DNA from: Bacteroidia bacterium
Lineage (GTDB): Bacteria > Bacteroidota > Bacteroidia > Bacteroidales > VadinHA17
Direction: 5' to 3'
Length of the DNA stretch: 44,166 bases
NCBI GenBank assembly: GCA_026391515.1
Contig: JAPLEC010000435.1
Span: 1 to 44,166, forward strand
The position numbers and the translations under genes were made by a program. Positions 8,668 to 18,453 of this stretch are shown here, in pieces (positions within the stretch are counted from its first letter, which is position 1; every line of letters begins with the position of its first letter). The notes under the pieces are model-generated. The model worked only from the letters and a program-made list of their open reading frames with translations, did not search any database and was not told the origin of the DNA.

Positions 8668-10233
8668 TTATTTCTTCATTATATTGTTACTGGTTATTAT
8701 ATTCTTACCCTTATTATTTGTCAGCGATGTTGTGCCTGGGAAGATATTATTTGCTATAATGATATTTTCAGAAGTTTCATCTTCTCCGATAAGGAGAGGG
8801 AAAGCTTCCGGCTGATAACAGTTTGTATATGTCACACCATTGCAATTAGTAAGCTTCATAATTGGCAGATCGAGCAAAGGTGTAGTAACAGTGACCTTAT
8901 CCCAGCTTATCTTTTTAGAATTTTTAACTTCGATGGCATTACCTTCCTTTATTTCCATTTTAATATCGTGGAAGTTTATATCCGAACCGTTTTCAATGAG
9001 GATTCCTCTGCGGGTTGAAGATTCCATATTGCTGAATGAAACCTGATTTACCTCTCTCTCTTCAAGCCCGTAAATTGCCACAGGGCGTTGGCCTCCTCTT
9101 ACAATTATATTCGAAATACGGACATTGTTACAGGCAGGGGTACGTTCCGATAAAGGCTCAGGCTGGGTCTGCTGATACCTGAGTGTTATCAGTACCCCTT
9201 CATTTATCATGTTATTCATTACAATATTAGAGACAAGTAAATCTTCAATAACACCACCTCTGCCTCTCATTGTTTTAATCCTTATTCCACGATCGGTTCC
9301 TTCAAAAACACAATTAGTTATTGCTACCCGCTTAACATTACCGCTCATTTCGCTTCCTATTACAACACCTCCATGTCCCCTGAGCATCGTGCAATTTGTT
9401 ATAGTTATATCCTCAGTAGGCCTGGCAGCTTCTCTTCCATCTTCATCACGTCCTGATTTAATTACAATACAATCATCTCCAACAGTAATATGGCAATTTG
9501 AAATATGAACATATCTGCACGAAGAGGGATCAATGCCATCTGTGTTAGGAGAGCCTGCGGGATTTTCAATTGTAATACCGTTAATTGTAATGTTATCAGT
9601 AAATGCCGGCATTATAGTCCAGAATGGAGGATTCGAAAAGCTGACACCTTCAATTAACACGTTTTTACATTCATAGGTTGTCACCATTGGAGGTCTTAAA
9701 AAATTATTCTTAGCCCTTATATATGCGTTTTTTGCAAGAAGCTCTTCATTCTCTTTCTTAAAAGTCTCCTGCCATTTGCTTGGCTGTTGCTGCGAACCTA
9801 CAGTACGCATGAAATCCCACCATTTTTTTCCTTGTCCTTCAAAATGACCTCTGCCACGAATTGAAATATTCTCGCATTGATAGGCATATATCTGTGAAAC
9901 AAAGTTCTTTACTCTCACATCTTCCCATCGCGATTGAACCATAGGAAGATAATCATCAAAATCGTCCGAGAACTTTACTACTGCTCCTCCATCAAGCCAC
10001 AAGGTGATATTACTTTTCATTATTATGGGCCCTGTTAAAAACGTTCCTGCCGGAAAGTAAACCGTTCCACCTCCTTTAGCAGATAATTCACTGATTACAT
10101 CACTAATAATTTTTGTGCATTTTACATTCCCTGTGGGATCTGCTCCGCGTTCCTTAACATTCGTCCAAACCGACTGCGACTGTAATAAAATCGTACATGT
10201 GGTTAAAACAAAAACCAATAATACTCTTTTCAT
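8668..10233 (-). CDS. GH28 polygalacturonase
   Basis: Catalytic motifs NTDG, GDD, GHGG, RIKT; signal peptide. Confidence 0.93.
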   Translation of the reverse strand: MKRVLLVFVLTTCTILLQSQSVWTNVKERGADPTGNVKCTKIISDVISELSAKGGGTVYFPAGTFLTGPIIMKSNITLWLDGGAVVKFSDDFDDYLPMVQSRWEDVRVKNFVSQIYAYQCENISIRGRGHFEGQGKKWWDFMRTVGSQQQPSKWQETFKKENEELLAKNAYIRAKNNFLRPPMVTTYECKNVLIEGVSFSNPPFWTIMPAFTDNITINGITIENPAGSPNTDGIDPSSCRYVHISNCHITVGDDCIVIKSGRDEDGREAARPTEDITITNCTMLRGHGGVVIGSEMSGNVKRVAITNCVFEGTDRGIRIKTMRGRGGVIEDLLVSNIVMNNMINEGVLITLRYQQTQPEPLSERTPACNNVRISNIIVRGGQRPVAIYGLEEREVNQVSFSNMESSTRRGILIENGSDINFHDIKMEIKEGNAIEVKNSKKISWDKVTVTTPLLDLPIMKLTNCNGVTYTNCYQPEAFPLLIGEDETSENIIIANNIFPGTTSLTNNKGKNIITSNNIMKK

Positions 10234-10259
10234 AATATTTTTATTATTTAATTATGTGT

Positions 10260-10299
10260 CCTTAATTCCGTAACGCCGTTGAGCCATTGCACCGTTAAG
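10260..10299. repeat. Degenerate octamer tandem repeat
   Basis: ccttaatt ccgtaacg ccgttgag ccattgca ccgttaag. Confidence 0.5.
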
Positions 10300-10307
10300 T
10301 CTTGTTC

Positions 10308-12128
10308 TCATTCCATTGTCGTTGTTCCGGCAACAGGCTTCGGATCTTCCTGAAGGAGATCAAAAATTATTATTTCGTTCAGACCCAGTTTGAGAAACGA
10401 TGCAGGGCAATAAAGCCTCTTTTGAGGGCCAATATCCCAGTACCTGCCGAGATTATGACCATTCACCCATACAAATCCTTTCTTGTAACTTGAAAGATCA
10501 AAATATGTATCACCGGTTGACAGAATCGAAAAATTACCTTTAAAGAAGATACCTGGCTTATTAATAACCTTACCAGATGATCGCAAATCATATACAAATT
10601 TCCAATCCATCGGAAGCTTATATATTTTCCAATTCATTAAAGTCATTCCATTAAGAGTCACCCTCTCTGTAATGCCTTTTCTGTCAATCAGATACTGACC
10701 AAAATTAATTCGTCCCATACCTTCAACAAGAATTTCAAGCACCGGATTGGCGACTTTACTTTCGGGTAGATTAATGGAATTAATTCCTTCCCTGCGATCG
10801 AGACGGCCGATATATTCCCCATCGAGAAAAACAGTTGCAAAATCATGAATATCTGTAACAACCAGTTTTCCCTTTTTATGGCCGATAAGTTCTGTCCTGT
10901 ACATAATAAATCCATAATCCTGACCATACTCTTCAAATGTTTTTGGAGTAACTGAAGTTACTGGCTGTGGAAGGTTATCCCAGATTGATGTAAATCTTAC
11001 CGGGAAAATTAATGGTATTTCAATAGCAGGTACAGGATCAGGGATCTTTGGAAGTTTTTTCCCTTTAGGCAGATACGAATCAATTAATTCCCTGATAGCC
11101 ATGTATTTAGGTGTGGCCATACCCTGTTCATTTATTGGGGCATCATAATCATAGGATGTAACATCAGGTTCATAGCCCTTGTTGCCTGAGTTAGCTCCTG
11201 CAGTGAATCCAAAATTTGTTCCTCCGTGTACCACATACAGGTTAAATGATTTCTTATTTTCCATCAGGAACTTAACCTCTTTAAATAGTTCTACCGTATC
11301 AGGTCTGGCCCAGTTTTCACCCCAATGTGTAAGCCAGCCGGGATAAGTTTCACTGCTGAAGACTGGTACACCGGGATTCATTTTAGAAGCAAGTTCAAAG
11401 TCAGCAAGTGAGCTTCCTGAATCAAGTCCGACTGCGCTTCCGGGCAGCGATCCAGCTTCAAGCATATATGTTGTGGGTCCATCTCCGGTGAATGTTGGAA
11501 CATCAATTCCATTAGCAGCCCACACTTCTTTCAATCGTAACAAATAATTTCGGTCATTACCAAAGCTGCCATATTCATTTTCAATCTGTAACATTAATAT
11601 CGGACCACCTTTTGTGATAAGAAAAGGTCTGATCTCTTCAGCTAACCTTGCAATATATCGTTCAACTGCTGCCATATATCGAGGATCCATGCACCGGAGT
11701 CTTATATCAGGTATCCGAAGAAGGTAGGGCGGAATTCCTCCCAGCTCCCATTCAGCGCAAACATAGGGTCCAGGTCTGAGAATGAGCCACATATCTTCGT
11801 CCTGAACTGTTTTAATGAATTCAGCAATATTGTGGTTGCCTGTTGAAAAATCATATATTCCCTCTTCCGATTCATGGTAATTCCAGAAAATATATGCAGC
11901 AATTGTATTACATCCCATTGCTTTTGCCATCTGGATTCTTTGTCTCCAGTATTCAGCCGGAATTCTTGCAGGATGCATCTCTCCGCTGATTATCTGAAAG
12001 GGTTGATCGTCAAGAAGAAATTCTGTAGGACTGAATTTGAAGGAGTGCTTTGCTTTTTGAGCTTGCAGTGAAGCAGATGTTAAAACCAAGCTCAGCAATA
12101 ATAGAAAAATAGTACTTCGTCGAATCAT
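10308..12128 (-). CDS. GH35 beta-galactosidase
   Basis: RPGPYVCAEW, QIENEYG, HGGTNFG, TSYDYDAP, NLGRYW. Confidence 0.94.
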   Translation of the reverse strand: MIRRSTIFLLLLSLVLTSASLQAQKAKHSFKFSPTEFLLDDQPFQIISGEMHPARIPAEYWRQRIQMAKAMGCNTIAAYIFWNYHESEEGIYDFSTGNHNIAEFIKTVQDEDMWLILRPGPYVCAEWELGGIPPYLLRIPDIRLRCMDPRYMAAVERYIARLAEEIRPFLITKGGPILMLQIENEYGSFGNDRNYLLRLKEVWAANGIDVPTFTGDGPTTYMLEAGSLPGSAVGLDSGSSLADFELASKMNPGVPVFSSETYPGWLTHWGENWARPDTVELFKEVKFLMENKKSFNLYVVHGGTNFGFTAGANSGNKGYEPDVTSYDYDAPINEQGMATPKYMAIRELIDSYLPKGKKLPKIPDPVPAIEIPLIFPVRFTSIWDNLPQPVTSVTPKTFEEYGQDYGFIMYRTELIGHKKGKLVVTDIHDFATVFLDGEYIGRLDRREGINSINLPESKVANPVLEILVEGMGRINFGQYLIDRKGITERVTLNGMTLMNWKIYKLPMDWKFVYDLRSSGKVINKPGIFFKGNFSILSTGDTYFDLSSYKKGFVWVNGHNLGRYWDIGPQKRLYCPASFLKLGLNEIIIFDLLQEDPKPVAGTTTME

Positions 12129-12184
12129 ATTATGTTAATATTGTGTAATTAATTATAATTCAAATTAATAGCTTTATATTTAAT

Positions 12185-12213
12185 AACCCACCCCTCCCCC
12201 TCCAGGGAGGGGA
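12185..12213 (-). repeat. REP-like CCCCTCC-GGAGGGG hairpin element
   Basis: Reverse complement tcccctccctggagggggaggggtgggtt matches the copies at 39873, 39952 and 44114. Confidence 0.8.
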
Positions 12214-12248
12214 ACTTGCATGCAAACCTCTTCAACTTTCTTCAATGC

Positions 12249-14075
12249 TCATATTGCCTGATAACTATGCAGTTTTGCATAAAATCCGTCCTTCTTATTC
12301 ATCAGCTCGGTATGTGTTCCTTTTTCAACAATCATGCCATCATCGATAACTACAATCAGATCAGCATGTTGTATAGTTGAAAGTCTGTGGGCAATCACAA
12401 GAGATGTCCGGTTTTGCATCAGCTTTAATATAGCATCCTGAACGAGACGTTCTGACTCAGTATCCAGAGCTGATGTTGCTTCATCAAGAATAAGTACTGG
12501 CGGATTGGCCATTATTGCTCTTGCAATGCTTACCCTTTGTCTTTGTCCCCCGCTCAGTTTATTTCCTGATTCTCCGACAGAGTTTTCATAGCCCTCTTCT
12601 GTTTCCATGATAAAATCATGTGCATTAGCGTTATGGGCAGCACTTATAACTTTATCCATATCAGGGACATCGACACCAAAAGCAATATTTTCGGTAAAAG
12701 AGGTATTGAAAAGGATAGGGTGCTGACTGACGATACCCATAAGATAACGCAGATCGGTGGTTTTCAAATCCCTGACATCCACTCCATCGATCAGCACACT
12801 TCCTTTGTCAGCATCGATAAACCTGGGGAGAAGATCGGCAAGGGTAGACTTTCCCGCACCTGATTTTCCTACAATGGCAACGGTTTGTCCCTTATTAATT
12901 TTGAGATTAATATCCTTAAGTACCGGTTCGCTGTTATAAGCATACCAGACACCTTTAAATTCAATCGAATCCTTAAATTCTTTTATCGGAAGTGCGTTCT
13001 CCTTTTCGGTTATTTTTTCTTCAGCTTCAAGAATCTGTTCAATCCTGTCTATGGATGCCATTCCCTTCTGAATGCTGAACCAGGCAGTAGTTATATTCTT
13101 TGCAGGCTGTATAATTTGTGAAAAGACAACCAGGAAAGCAATAAGTTTTTCAGAAGTCATATGCCCTTTAAGAGCAAGCATTCCACCGGCAAATAAGAGC
13201 AACATTACCACAAAGGTTGAAAGGACTTCACTCAGCGGTGAGGCAAGATAAGATTTCCGGATCACTCTTTTAAATATCTTGGAATAATGATCGTTCACAG
13301 TCCCAAACTGATCCTTCATCTTTTTTTCAGCATTGAATCCTTTGACAATTCTCAGACCCGTAAGAGTCTCTTCCACTATTGACAGAAGTCGTCCCAGTTT
13401 TTGCTGACCAAGCAATGATGAAGAACGCAATGTTCTGCTTGCCTGTCCGATAAGCCACCCGCTGAGCGGCAATAGTGCGAGCGCAAACAGAGTCAGCTGA
13501 TAGCTTGTGATAAAAAGGTAAATGACGAAAATAAGAATATACATTGGATCTCTGAACATCATTGTCAATGATGACATTACAGAGATTTCTATCTCCTGGA
13601 CATCATTGGAGATCCTTGTCATAAGATCGCCTTTCCTGGCATCGGTGAAAAATGACAATGGGAGCCTGAGCACCTTATGATACATTTTTTTTCTAAGGTC
13701 GCGGACAGTGCAGGAACGGATATATGCCATACTGTTATTTGCAAGGAAAATGAATCCGTTTTTAAAAATGGAGGCTATAATAAAAACTATGCTTATCATC
13801 AGCAATGCTACCACCGGACCATTCGGACCAATCTTTTCGATAAAAAATGATAAGTAGTATTTTGCAAATGCCTGCATGTACTCAAGATTGAACTGGAATT
13901 TACCGGGTGATGATAAATGTAGCTTGACCCTTTCAAAAAGTATGTTTAAAAAAGGTATTACAAGTGTATATGAAAAGAGAGCAAAAATAGCACTCAGAAT
14001 GTTATACAGAATATTTTTTATTGCTGACCATTTATATGGCGATATATATTTCAGCAGAAGCCTTAACTTGCTCAT
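12249..14075 (-). CDS. ABC exporter, fused permease/ATPase (MsbA-like)
   Basis: TM domain, Walker A GKSGAGKST, LSGGQRQR, ILDEATSALD, IAHRLST. Confidence 0.92.
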   Translation of the reverse strand: MSKLRLLLKYISPYKWSAIKNILYNILSAIFALFSYTLVIPFLNILFERVKLHLSSPGKFQFNLEYMQAFAKYYLSFFIEKIGPNGPVVALLMISIVFIIASIFKNGFIFLANNSMAYIRSCTVRDLRKKMYHKVLRLPLSFFTDARKGDLMTRISNDVQEIEISVMSSLTMMFRDPMYILIFVIYLFITSYQLTLFALALLPLSGWLIGQASRTLRSSSLLGQQKLGRLLSIVEETLTGLRIVKGFNAEKKMKDQFGTVNDHYSKIFKRVIRKSYLASPLSEVLSTFVVMLLLFAGGMLALKGHMTSEKLIAFLVVFSQIIQPAKNITTAWFSIQKGMASIDRIEQILEAEEKITEKENALPIKEFKDSIEFKGVWYAYNSEPVLKDINLKINKGQTVAIVGKSGAGKSTLADLLPRFIDADKGSVLIDGVDVRDLKTTDLRYLMGIVSQHPILFNTSFTENIAFGVDVPDMDKVISAAHNANAHDFIMETEEGYENSVGESGNKLSGGQRQRVSIARAIMANPPVLILDEATSALDTESERLVQDAILKLMQNRTSLVIAHRLSTIQHADLIVVIDDGMIVEKGTHTELMNKKDGFYAKLHSYQAI

Positions 14076-14090
14076 CTTGTGAAATTAGGA

Positions 14091-15434
14091 TTAGAAACCC
14101 GTAAAGTTAAATGGTGTGATTGCTCTTAATTCAGCTTTTACCGTTTCGCTGATATCAAGGTTGTCTATGAAAGAACGAATCGATTCACTTGTGATTTTCT
14201 GATTTGTCCTTGTCAGTTCGAGAAGGGCTTCATAAGGTTTGGGATAACCTTCTCTCCTCAGAATAGTCTGGATTGCTTCTCCGATAACTGCCCAGTTATT
14301 TTCCAGATCGCTCTTTATTTTATCAGTATTGACAATAAGCTTATTCAGCCCTTTAAGAATTGAATTAAATGCAAGTATTGAATGTCCAATCGGGACTCCA
14401 ATATTTCTAAGTACTGTCGAATCAGTAAGGTCGCGCTGAAGTCTTGACACCGGAAGCTTCTCAGAAAAATGCCCGAATATTGCATTGGCATAACCCAGGT
14501 TACCCTCTCCATTCTCAAAATCAATCGGATTTATCTTATGCGGCATTGCTGATGATCCTATTTCACCCTTCTTGATTTTTTGTCTGAAATAGTCCATCGA
14601 TATATAGGTCCAGATATCACGCGCCAGGTCTATCAGTATCACATTGATTCTGCGCATATTATCAAATAATGCTGCAAGATTATCATAGTGTTCGATCTGC
14701 GTCGTAGGTTTTGATCGTTGCAATCCTAGCTCCTCGTTGACAAAATTGTCTGCAAATGATATCCAGTCTATATCGGGATAGGCTACTTTGTGCGCATTAA
14801 AATTACCTGTAGCCCCTCCGAATTTTGCTGAATATGGTATCTGTCCGAAGTATTTTTGCTGTTCATCTATTCTTGCAATGAACACTGCGATTTCTTTACC
14901 CAGCTTTGTTGGGGATGCAGGCTGTCCATGTGTCCTGGCTAACATAGGAATATCCTTCCACTCATCAGCAAAAGTTGCAAGAATCTCCCTGAGTTCAAAC
15001 AGAAGCGGGAAATAGATATTAATAAGGCCATCTTTTATTGATAATGGAATCGCGGTATTATTAAGATCCTGTGAAGTAAGACCGAAATGAATAAACTCGC
15101 TCCACTTACCCCAGCCCGAATGAAAAAATCTTTCTTTAAGATAATATTCTATTGCCTTAACATCGTGATTGGTAATTTTCTCCCTTTCCTTAATTTTTTC
15201 AGCATCTTCAATCCCAAAATCCTCATATATTGAACGCAGTACCTTGTAATTATCTCTCTTGAAATCACTCAGCTGAGGTAAAGGAATATCGCAAAGGGCG
15301 ATAAAATATTCTATTTCCACCATCAGACGATATTTTATAAGCCCGAATTCCGAGAAGTAAAGATCAAGCTCATTCACCTTGTGTCTGTACCTTCCATCGA
15401 GTGGAGAGATGGCAGTAAGAGAATTTAATTCCAT
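14091..15434 (-). CDS. purB: Adenylosuccinate lyase
   Basis: AISPLDGRY, TNHDVKA, ARTHGQPA, GSSAMPHKINPIDFEN. Confidence 0.97.
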   Translation of the reverse strand: MELNSLTAISPLDGRYRHKVNELDLYFSEFGLIKYRLMVEIEYFIALCDIPLPQLSDFKRDNYKVLRSIYEDFGIEDAEKIKEREKITNHDVKAIEYYLKERFFHSGWGKWSEFIHFGLTSQDLNNTAIPLSIKDGLINIYFPLLFELREILATFADEWKDIPMLARTHGQPASPTKLGKEIAVFIARIDEQQKYFGQIPYSAKFGGATGNFNAHKVAYPDIDWISFADNFVNEELGLQRSKPTTQIEHYDNLAALFDNMRRINVILIDLARDIWTYISMDYFRQKIKKGEIGSSAMPHKINPIDFENGEGNLGYANAIFGHFSEKLPVSRLQRDLTDSTVLRNIGVPIGHSILAFNSILKGLNKLIVNTDKIKSDLENNWAVIGEAIQTILRREGYPKPYEALLELTRTNQKITSESIRSFIDNLDISETVKAELRAITPFNFTGF

Positions 15435-15475
15435 TATATTTTTATTTGTGTTACTGGTTATAACAACGATATATA

Positions 15476-15483
15476 CAAAAATA
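15476..15483 (-). promoter_or_regulatory. Possible Bacteroidota -7 promoter box for purB
   Basis: TATTTTTG matches TAnnTTTG about 40 nt upstream of the start; no clear -33 box. Confidence 0.3.
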
Positions 15484-15546
15484 GTATTTTAGAAGTTGTA
15501 AAAAAATTGAATTTTATGTTATTATTATATTCTGAAATAAAACTAT

Positions 15547-16308
15547 ATGTCTATAAAAAAAGTAAGAATTTCGGCAGTAAAATATGCAAATACGTATCCA
15601 TTCATCTTCGGTTTGACAGAAACCGGATTTGATAAAAAGGTAATTCTTACAACCGATCATCCGGCTGATTGTGCAGAAAAACTTATCAGCGGAAAGGTTG
15701 ATATCGGCCTTATTCCTGTTGCAGCACTCCCCTTGATGAAGGAATCTCACATCATTACAGATTACTGCCTGGGTGCATACGGTAAAGTCAGGACTGTTAT
15801 GCTATTAAGCAACTGCTCTTTTAAAAAGATTAAGACAATTAATCTCGACTACAGGTCTCGTTCATCAGTGAACCTTGCAAAAATTTTGGCCAAAAATTCA
15901 TGGAAACGGAAATTCCGGTGGAATAATACATCTGAAAAATTCGATTTTATGAATATACCTGTAAATGAGGCAGTTGTTTTAATTGGAGATCAATGTTTTG
16001 AATTTGAGGACAAGTTTAAATACAGAATTGATCTGGCAGAGGAATGGTATAATTTTACAGGGCTCCCCTTTGCATTTGCATGCTGGACCTCAAACAGGAA
16101 ACTCGATAAAAAATTCCTTCATGAGTTTAATGACGCTCTGGGAACGGGTGTCAGGAATATCCCGGCTGTTGTTAAAAAGTATGGCAGGTCAGGAACTATA
16201 AAAGGTAATGACCTTTTGATCTATCTTACTAAAAACATGGATTTCGATCTGAATGACGATAAAAGAAAAGCAATAAAGCTGTTTTTGGAATTGATGAGTC
16301 AACTTTAG
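15547..16308 (+). CDS. mqnA: Chorismate dehydratase (futalosine menaquinone pathway), MqnA-like
   Basis: YANTYPF, PADCAEKL, SRSSVNL, LIGD, DLAEEW, TGLPFAFACW. Confidence 0.85.
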   Translation: MSIKKVRISAVKYANTYPFIFGLTETGFDKKVILTTDHPADCAEKLISGKVDIGLIPVAALPLMKESHIITDYCLGAYGKVRTVMLLSNCSFKKIKTINLDYRSRSSVNLAKILAKNSWKRKFRWNNTSEKFDFMNIPVNEAVVLIGDQCFEFEDKFKYRIDLAEEWYNFTGLPFAFACWTSNRKLDKKFLHEFNDALGTGVRNIPAVVKKYGRSGTIKGNDLLIYLTKNMDFDLNDDKRKAIKLFLELMSQL

Positions 16309-16333
16309 CCCTCTTTAGGGGGGTAAAGGGGGG
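16309..16333 (+). repeat. REP-like C/G-run hairpin directly after mqnA stop
   Basis: ccctctttaggggggtaaagggggg, related to the copies at 16814-16913. Confidence 0.65.
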
Positions 16334-16347
16334 AAGATTAAAGATAA

Positions 16348-16809
16348 ATGAAGAAAAGAATAGATCATAACAAATTCATTATCAGAGAGTATCGTAAAGG
16401 TGATTTTAATGCGATATCTCATCTCTGGGCTGTAACCGGTATGGGCAACCCGAAAAGGGGCGATAATGCTAAGATCATTGAAGACAGCATCGGAATCGGC
16501 GGCGAGCTTCTTGTGCTGGAAGAAAAAACCAGTGCCAAGATATGCGGTACTTCATGGATGACCTTCGACGGACGAAGAATCCATCTTCATCATTTCGGAA
16601 TACTGCCAGAATTTCAGGGGAAAGGTCTTTCAAAAATGCTGCTGGACGAATCTTTGAAGTTCGTTAAAAAGAAAGGGTTCCAGGTGAAGCTTGAAGTGCA
16701 AAAGACTAATACTAAAGCAATTAACCTTTATAAAAAGGCAGGATTTGAATATCTTGGAGATTATGATGTTTATATAATTCGTAATTTGCCCCCCGACCTT
16801 CTAAAGTGA
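16348..16809 (+). CDS. GNAT-family N-acetyltransferase
   Basis: PEFQGKGLS acetyl-CoA motif, NTKAINLYKKAGF. Confidence 0.9.
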   Translation: MKKRIDHNKFIIREYRKGDFNAISHLWAVTGMGNPKRGDNAKIIEDSIGIGGELLVLEEKTSAKICGTSWMTFDGRRIHLHHFGILPEFQGKGLSKMLLDESLKFVKKKGFQVKLEVQKTNTKAINLYKKAGFEYLGDYDVYIIRNLPPDLLK

Positions 16810-16813
16810 AGTT

Positions 16814-16913
16814 TGCCCCCCATCCCCTCTAAAGGGGGTTTAACTTTCAGATATATGAGATGTTTATAGTAAAAGAGCGAGATTTAACCCCCCTTCAGGG
16901 GGGCAGGGGGGCA
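16814..16913. repeat. REPIN-like inverted doublet of C/G-run hairpins
   Basis: tgccccccatcccctctaaagggggtttaa, 40-nt spacer, ttaaccccccttcaggggggcaggggggca. Confidence 0.75.
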
Positions 16914-16958
16914 GAGAAATTGCAGGAGGGTCAAGTTTTTAAGTTAAAAATTAATGTT

Positions 16959-16966
16959 TATCTTTG
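16959..16966 (+). promoter_or_regulatory. Possible Bacteroidota -7 promoter box
   Basis: TATCTTTG 44 nt upstream of ATG 17011. Confidence 0.35.
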
Positions 16967-17010
16967 GATTTGATGTGGACTATAATAATAATGTATAAAA
17001 AGATAAAACC

Positions 17011-17256
17011 ATGGCAAAGACAATCACTTTCAATGAACTTCGGAAGATCAAAGATCAGCTGCCCTCCGGAAGTATGAAAAAAATTGCAGAAAAGCTGGAT
17101 CTGAATGAAGAAACAGTAAGAAACTACTTCGGAGGGAGAAATTTTGACTTGGGACAAAGCGTAGGTATTCATTTTGAGCAGGGCCCCGGTGGGGGAATAG
17201 TTACATTTGACGATACTACCATCCTGGATATGGCTCAGAATATGATCAAGGACTGA
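17011..17256 (+). CDS. Small conserved putative DNA-binding (HTH-like) protein
   Basis: MKKIAEKLDLNEETVRNYF helix-turn-helix-like segment; followed by a terminator. Confidence 0.7.
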   Translation: MAKTITFNELRKIKDQLPSGSMKKIAEKLDLNEETVRNYFGGRNFDLGQSVGIHFEQGPGGGIVTFDDTTILDMAQNMIKD

Positions 17257-17279
17257 TTTAAAACTATTAAAGCCTGTTC

Positions 17280-17311
17280 AAAAGCAAAAGGCTTCGTCTT
17301 TTGCTTTTTTT
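17280..17311 (+). terminator. Intrinsic terminator
   Basis: aaaagcaaaaggc-ttc-gtcttttgctttt followed by T run. Confidence 0.75.
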
Positions 17312-17349
17312 GTTTTATGACATATTTGACCACAAAGGAGAAACAAAGA

Positions 17350-17994
17350 ATGAACCTATCAGAACTACTAATCATTATAGAAGAAAAATATCTTCGCTTA
17401 CTTGAAGATTATTTTAATGATACATGGGGTGATACAAAACTCTGGTCACATGATCTCAGTCATCACCGGCGCGTTTGGAATTATGCGAAGGAAATACTGT
17501 TGTATACTGATGATCAGGATGTTATGGAGCAGAAAGGTTTTTGCGACAAATTAATTATAGCATGTTATCTGCATGATTTAGGAATGGCAGTCGATACGGG
17601 ATTAAATCATGGACATCTCGGCCGGGAGCTCTGTCAAAAATTTATTCAGCAAAATAACTATGATATTTCTGATTTTCAGGATGTACTATTTGCAATTGAA
17701 AATCACGATGATAAAAATTACACTTTACAGGATAACAATAATAAACTCCTTTTGATACTCAATGCTGCCGATGACCTGGATGCAATCGGTTACACCGGAA
17801 TCTTAAGATATGCAGATATCTACCTCAAACGTGGTACTACTCTTGAAGATATCGGCAAAATGGTTCTCGAAAACGCAGGCAAAAGATTCGAAAATTTTGA
17901 AACCACCTTTCATAAATATCCTGCTTTAATCGAGAAACACCGTAAAAGGTACTTGGTTATCAGTGAATTCTATACAGCCTATAACCGGCAATAA
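17350..17994 (+). CDS. HD-domain metal-dependent phosphohydrolase
   Basis: SHDLSHHRRV, YLHDLG, NHD, ADDLDAIG; start is 17350 or 17317. Confidence 0.8.
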   Translation: MNLSELLIIIEEKYLRLLEDYFNDTWGDTKLWSHDLSHHRRVWNYAKEILLYTDDQDVMEQKGFCDKLIIACYLHDLGMAVDTGLNHGHLGRELCQKFIQQNNYDISDFQDVLFAIENHDDKNYTLQDNNNKLLLILNAADDLDAIGYTGILRYADIYLKRGTTLEDIGKMVLENAGKRFENFETTFHKYPALIEKHRKRYLVISEFYTAYNRQ

Positions 17995-18129
17995 ATAAAA
18001 AGCCTATTTATTCATAGTGCTATTTACATATAATAAATATGTATAAATACCATCATGATTATCGTACTATTGCTAATAAGCTCATCTGAGCCGGTGCTTA
18101 CATTCGCTCATAAATGTAAAAACCGGAAT

Positions 18130-18453
18130 ATGCTTGATGTACTCATAAACAGGCCTGAAGATAAAACTCCCAGGAAAGGAGTATTTAAATTCAGCGACAG
18201 GGCTGACAAACCTGTAAAAAGTGTCATAAAAGCTGTATCATGGCGGATTGTCGGAACTATCGACACCATGTTAATAAGTTACTTTATTACCGGCAGGGTA
18301 ACAGTAGCTCTTTCTATCGGAAGTGTGGAAGTCCTTACAAAAACCATACTCTATTATTTTCATGAAAGAGTCTGGGCACATATTCACAGAATAAGACTAA
18401 AAATTTTGAAAAAATCAAATGGAAGCAGATTTGAAGTTAAACGAGCTGGGTAA
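18130..18453 (+). CDS. DUF2061 membrane protein
   Basis: KAVSWRIVGTIDT and LYYFHERVW; commonly beside cys genes; start at ATG 18130 preferred. Confidence 0.8.
   Translation: MLDVLINRPEDKTPRKGVFKFSDRADKPVKSVIKAVSWRIVGTIDTMLISYFITGRVTVALSIGSVEVLTKTILYYFHERVWAHIHRIRLKILKKSNGSRFEVKRAG

Noticed and set aside
8560-9018. 152-aa ORF beginning in the decamer repeat
   Set aside because: Translation of low-complexity repeat plus antisense of GH28
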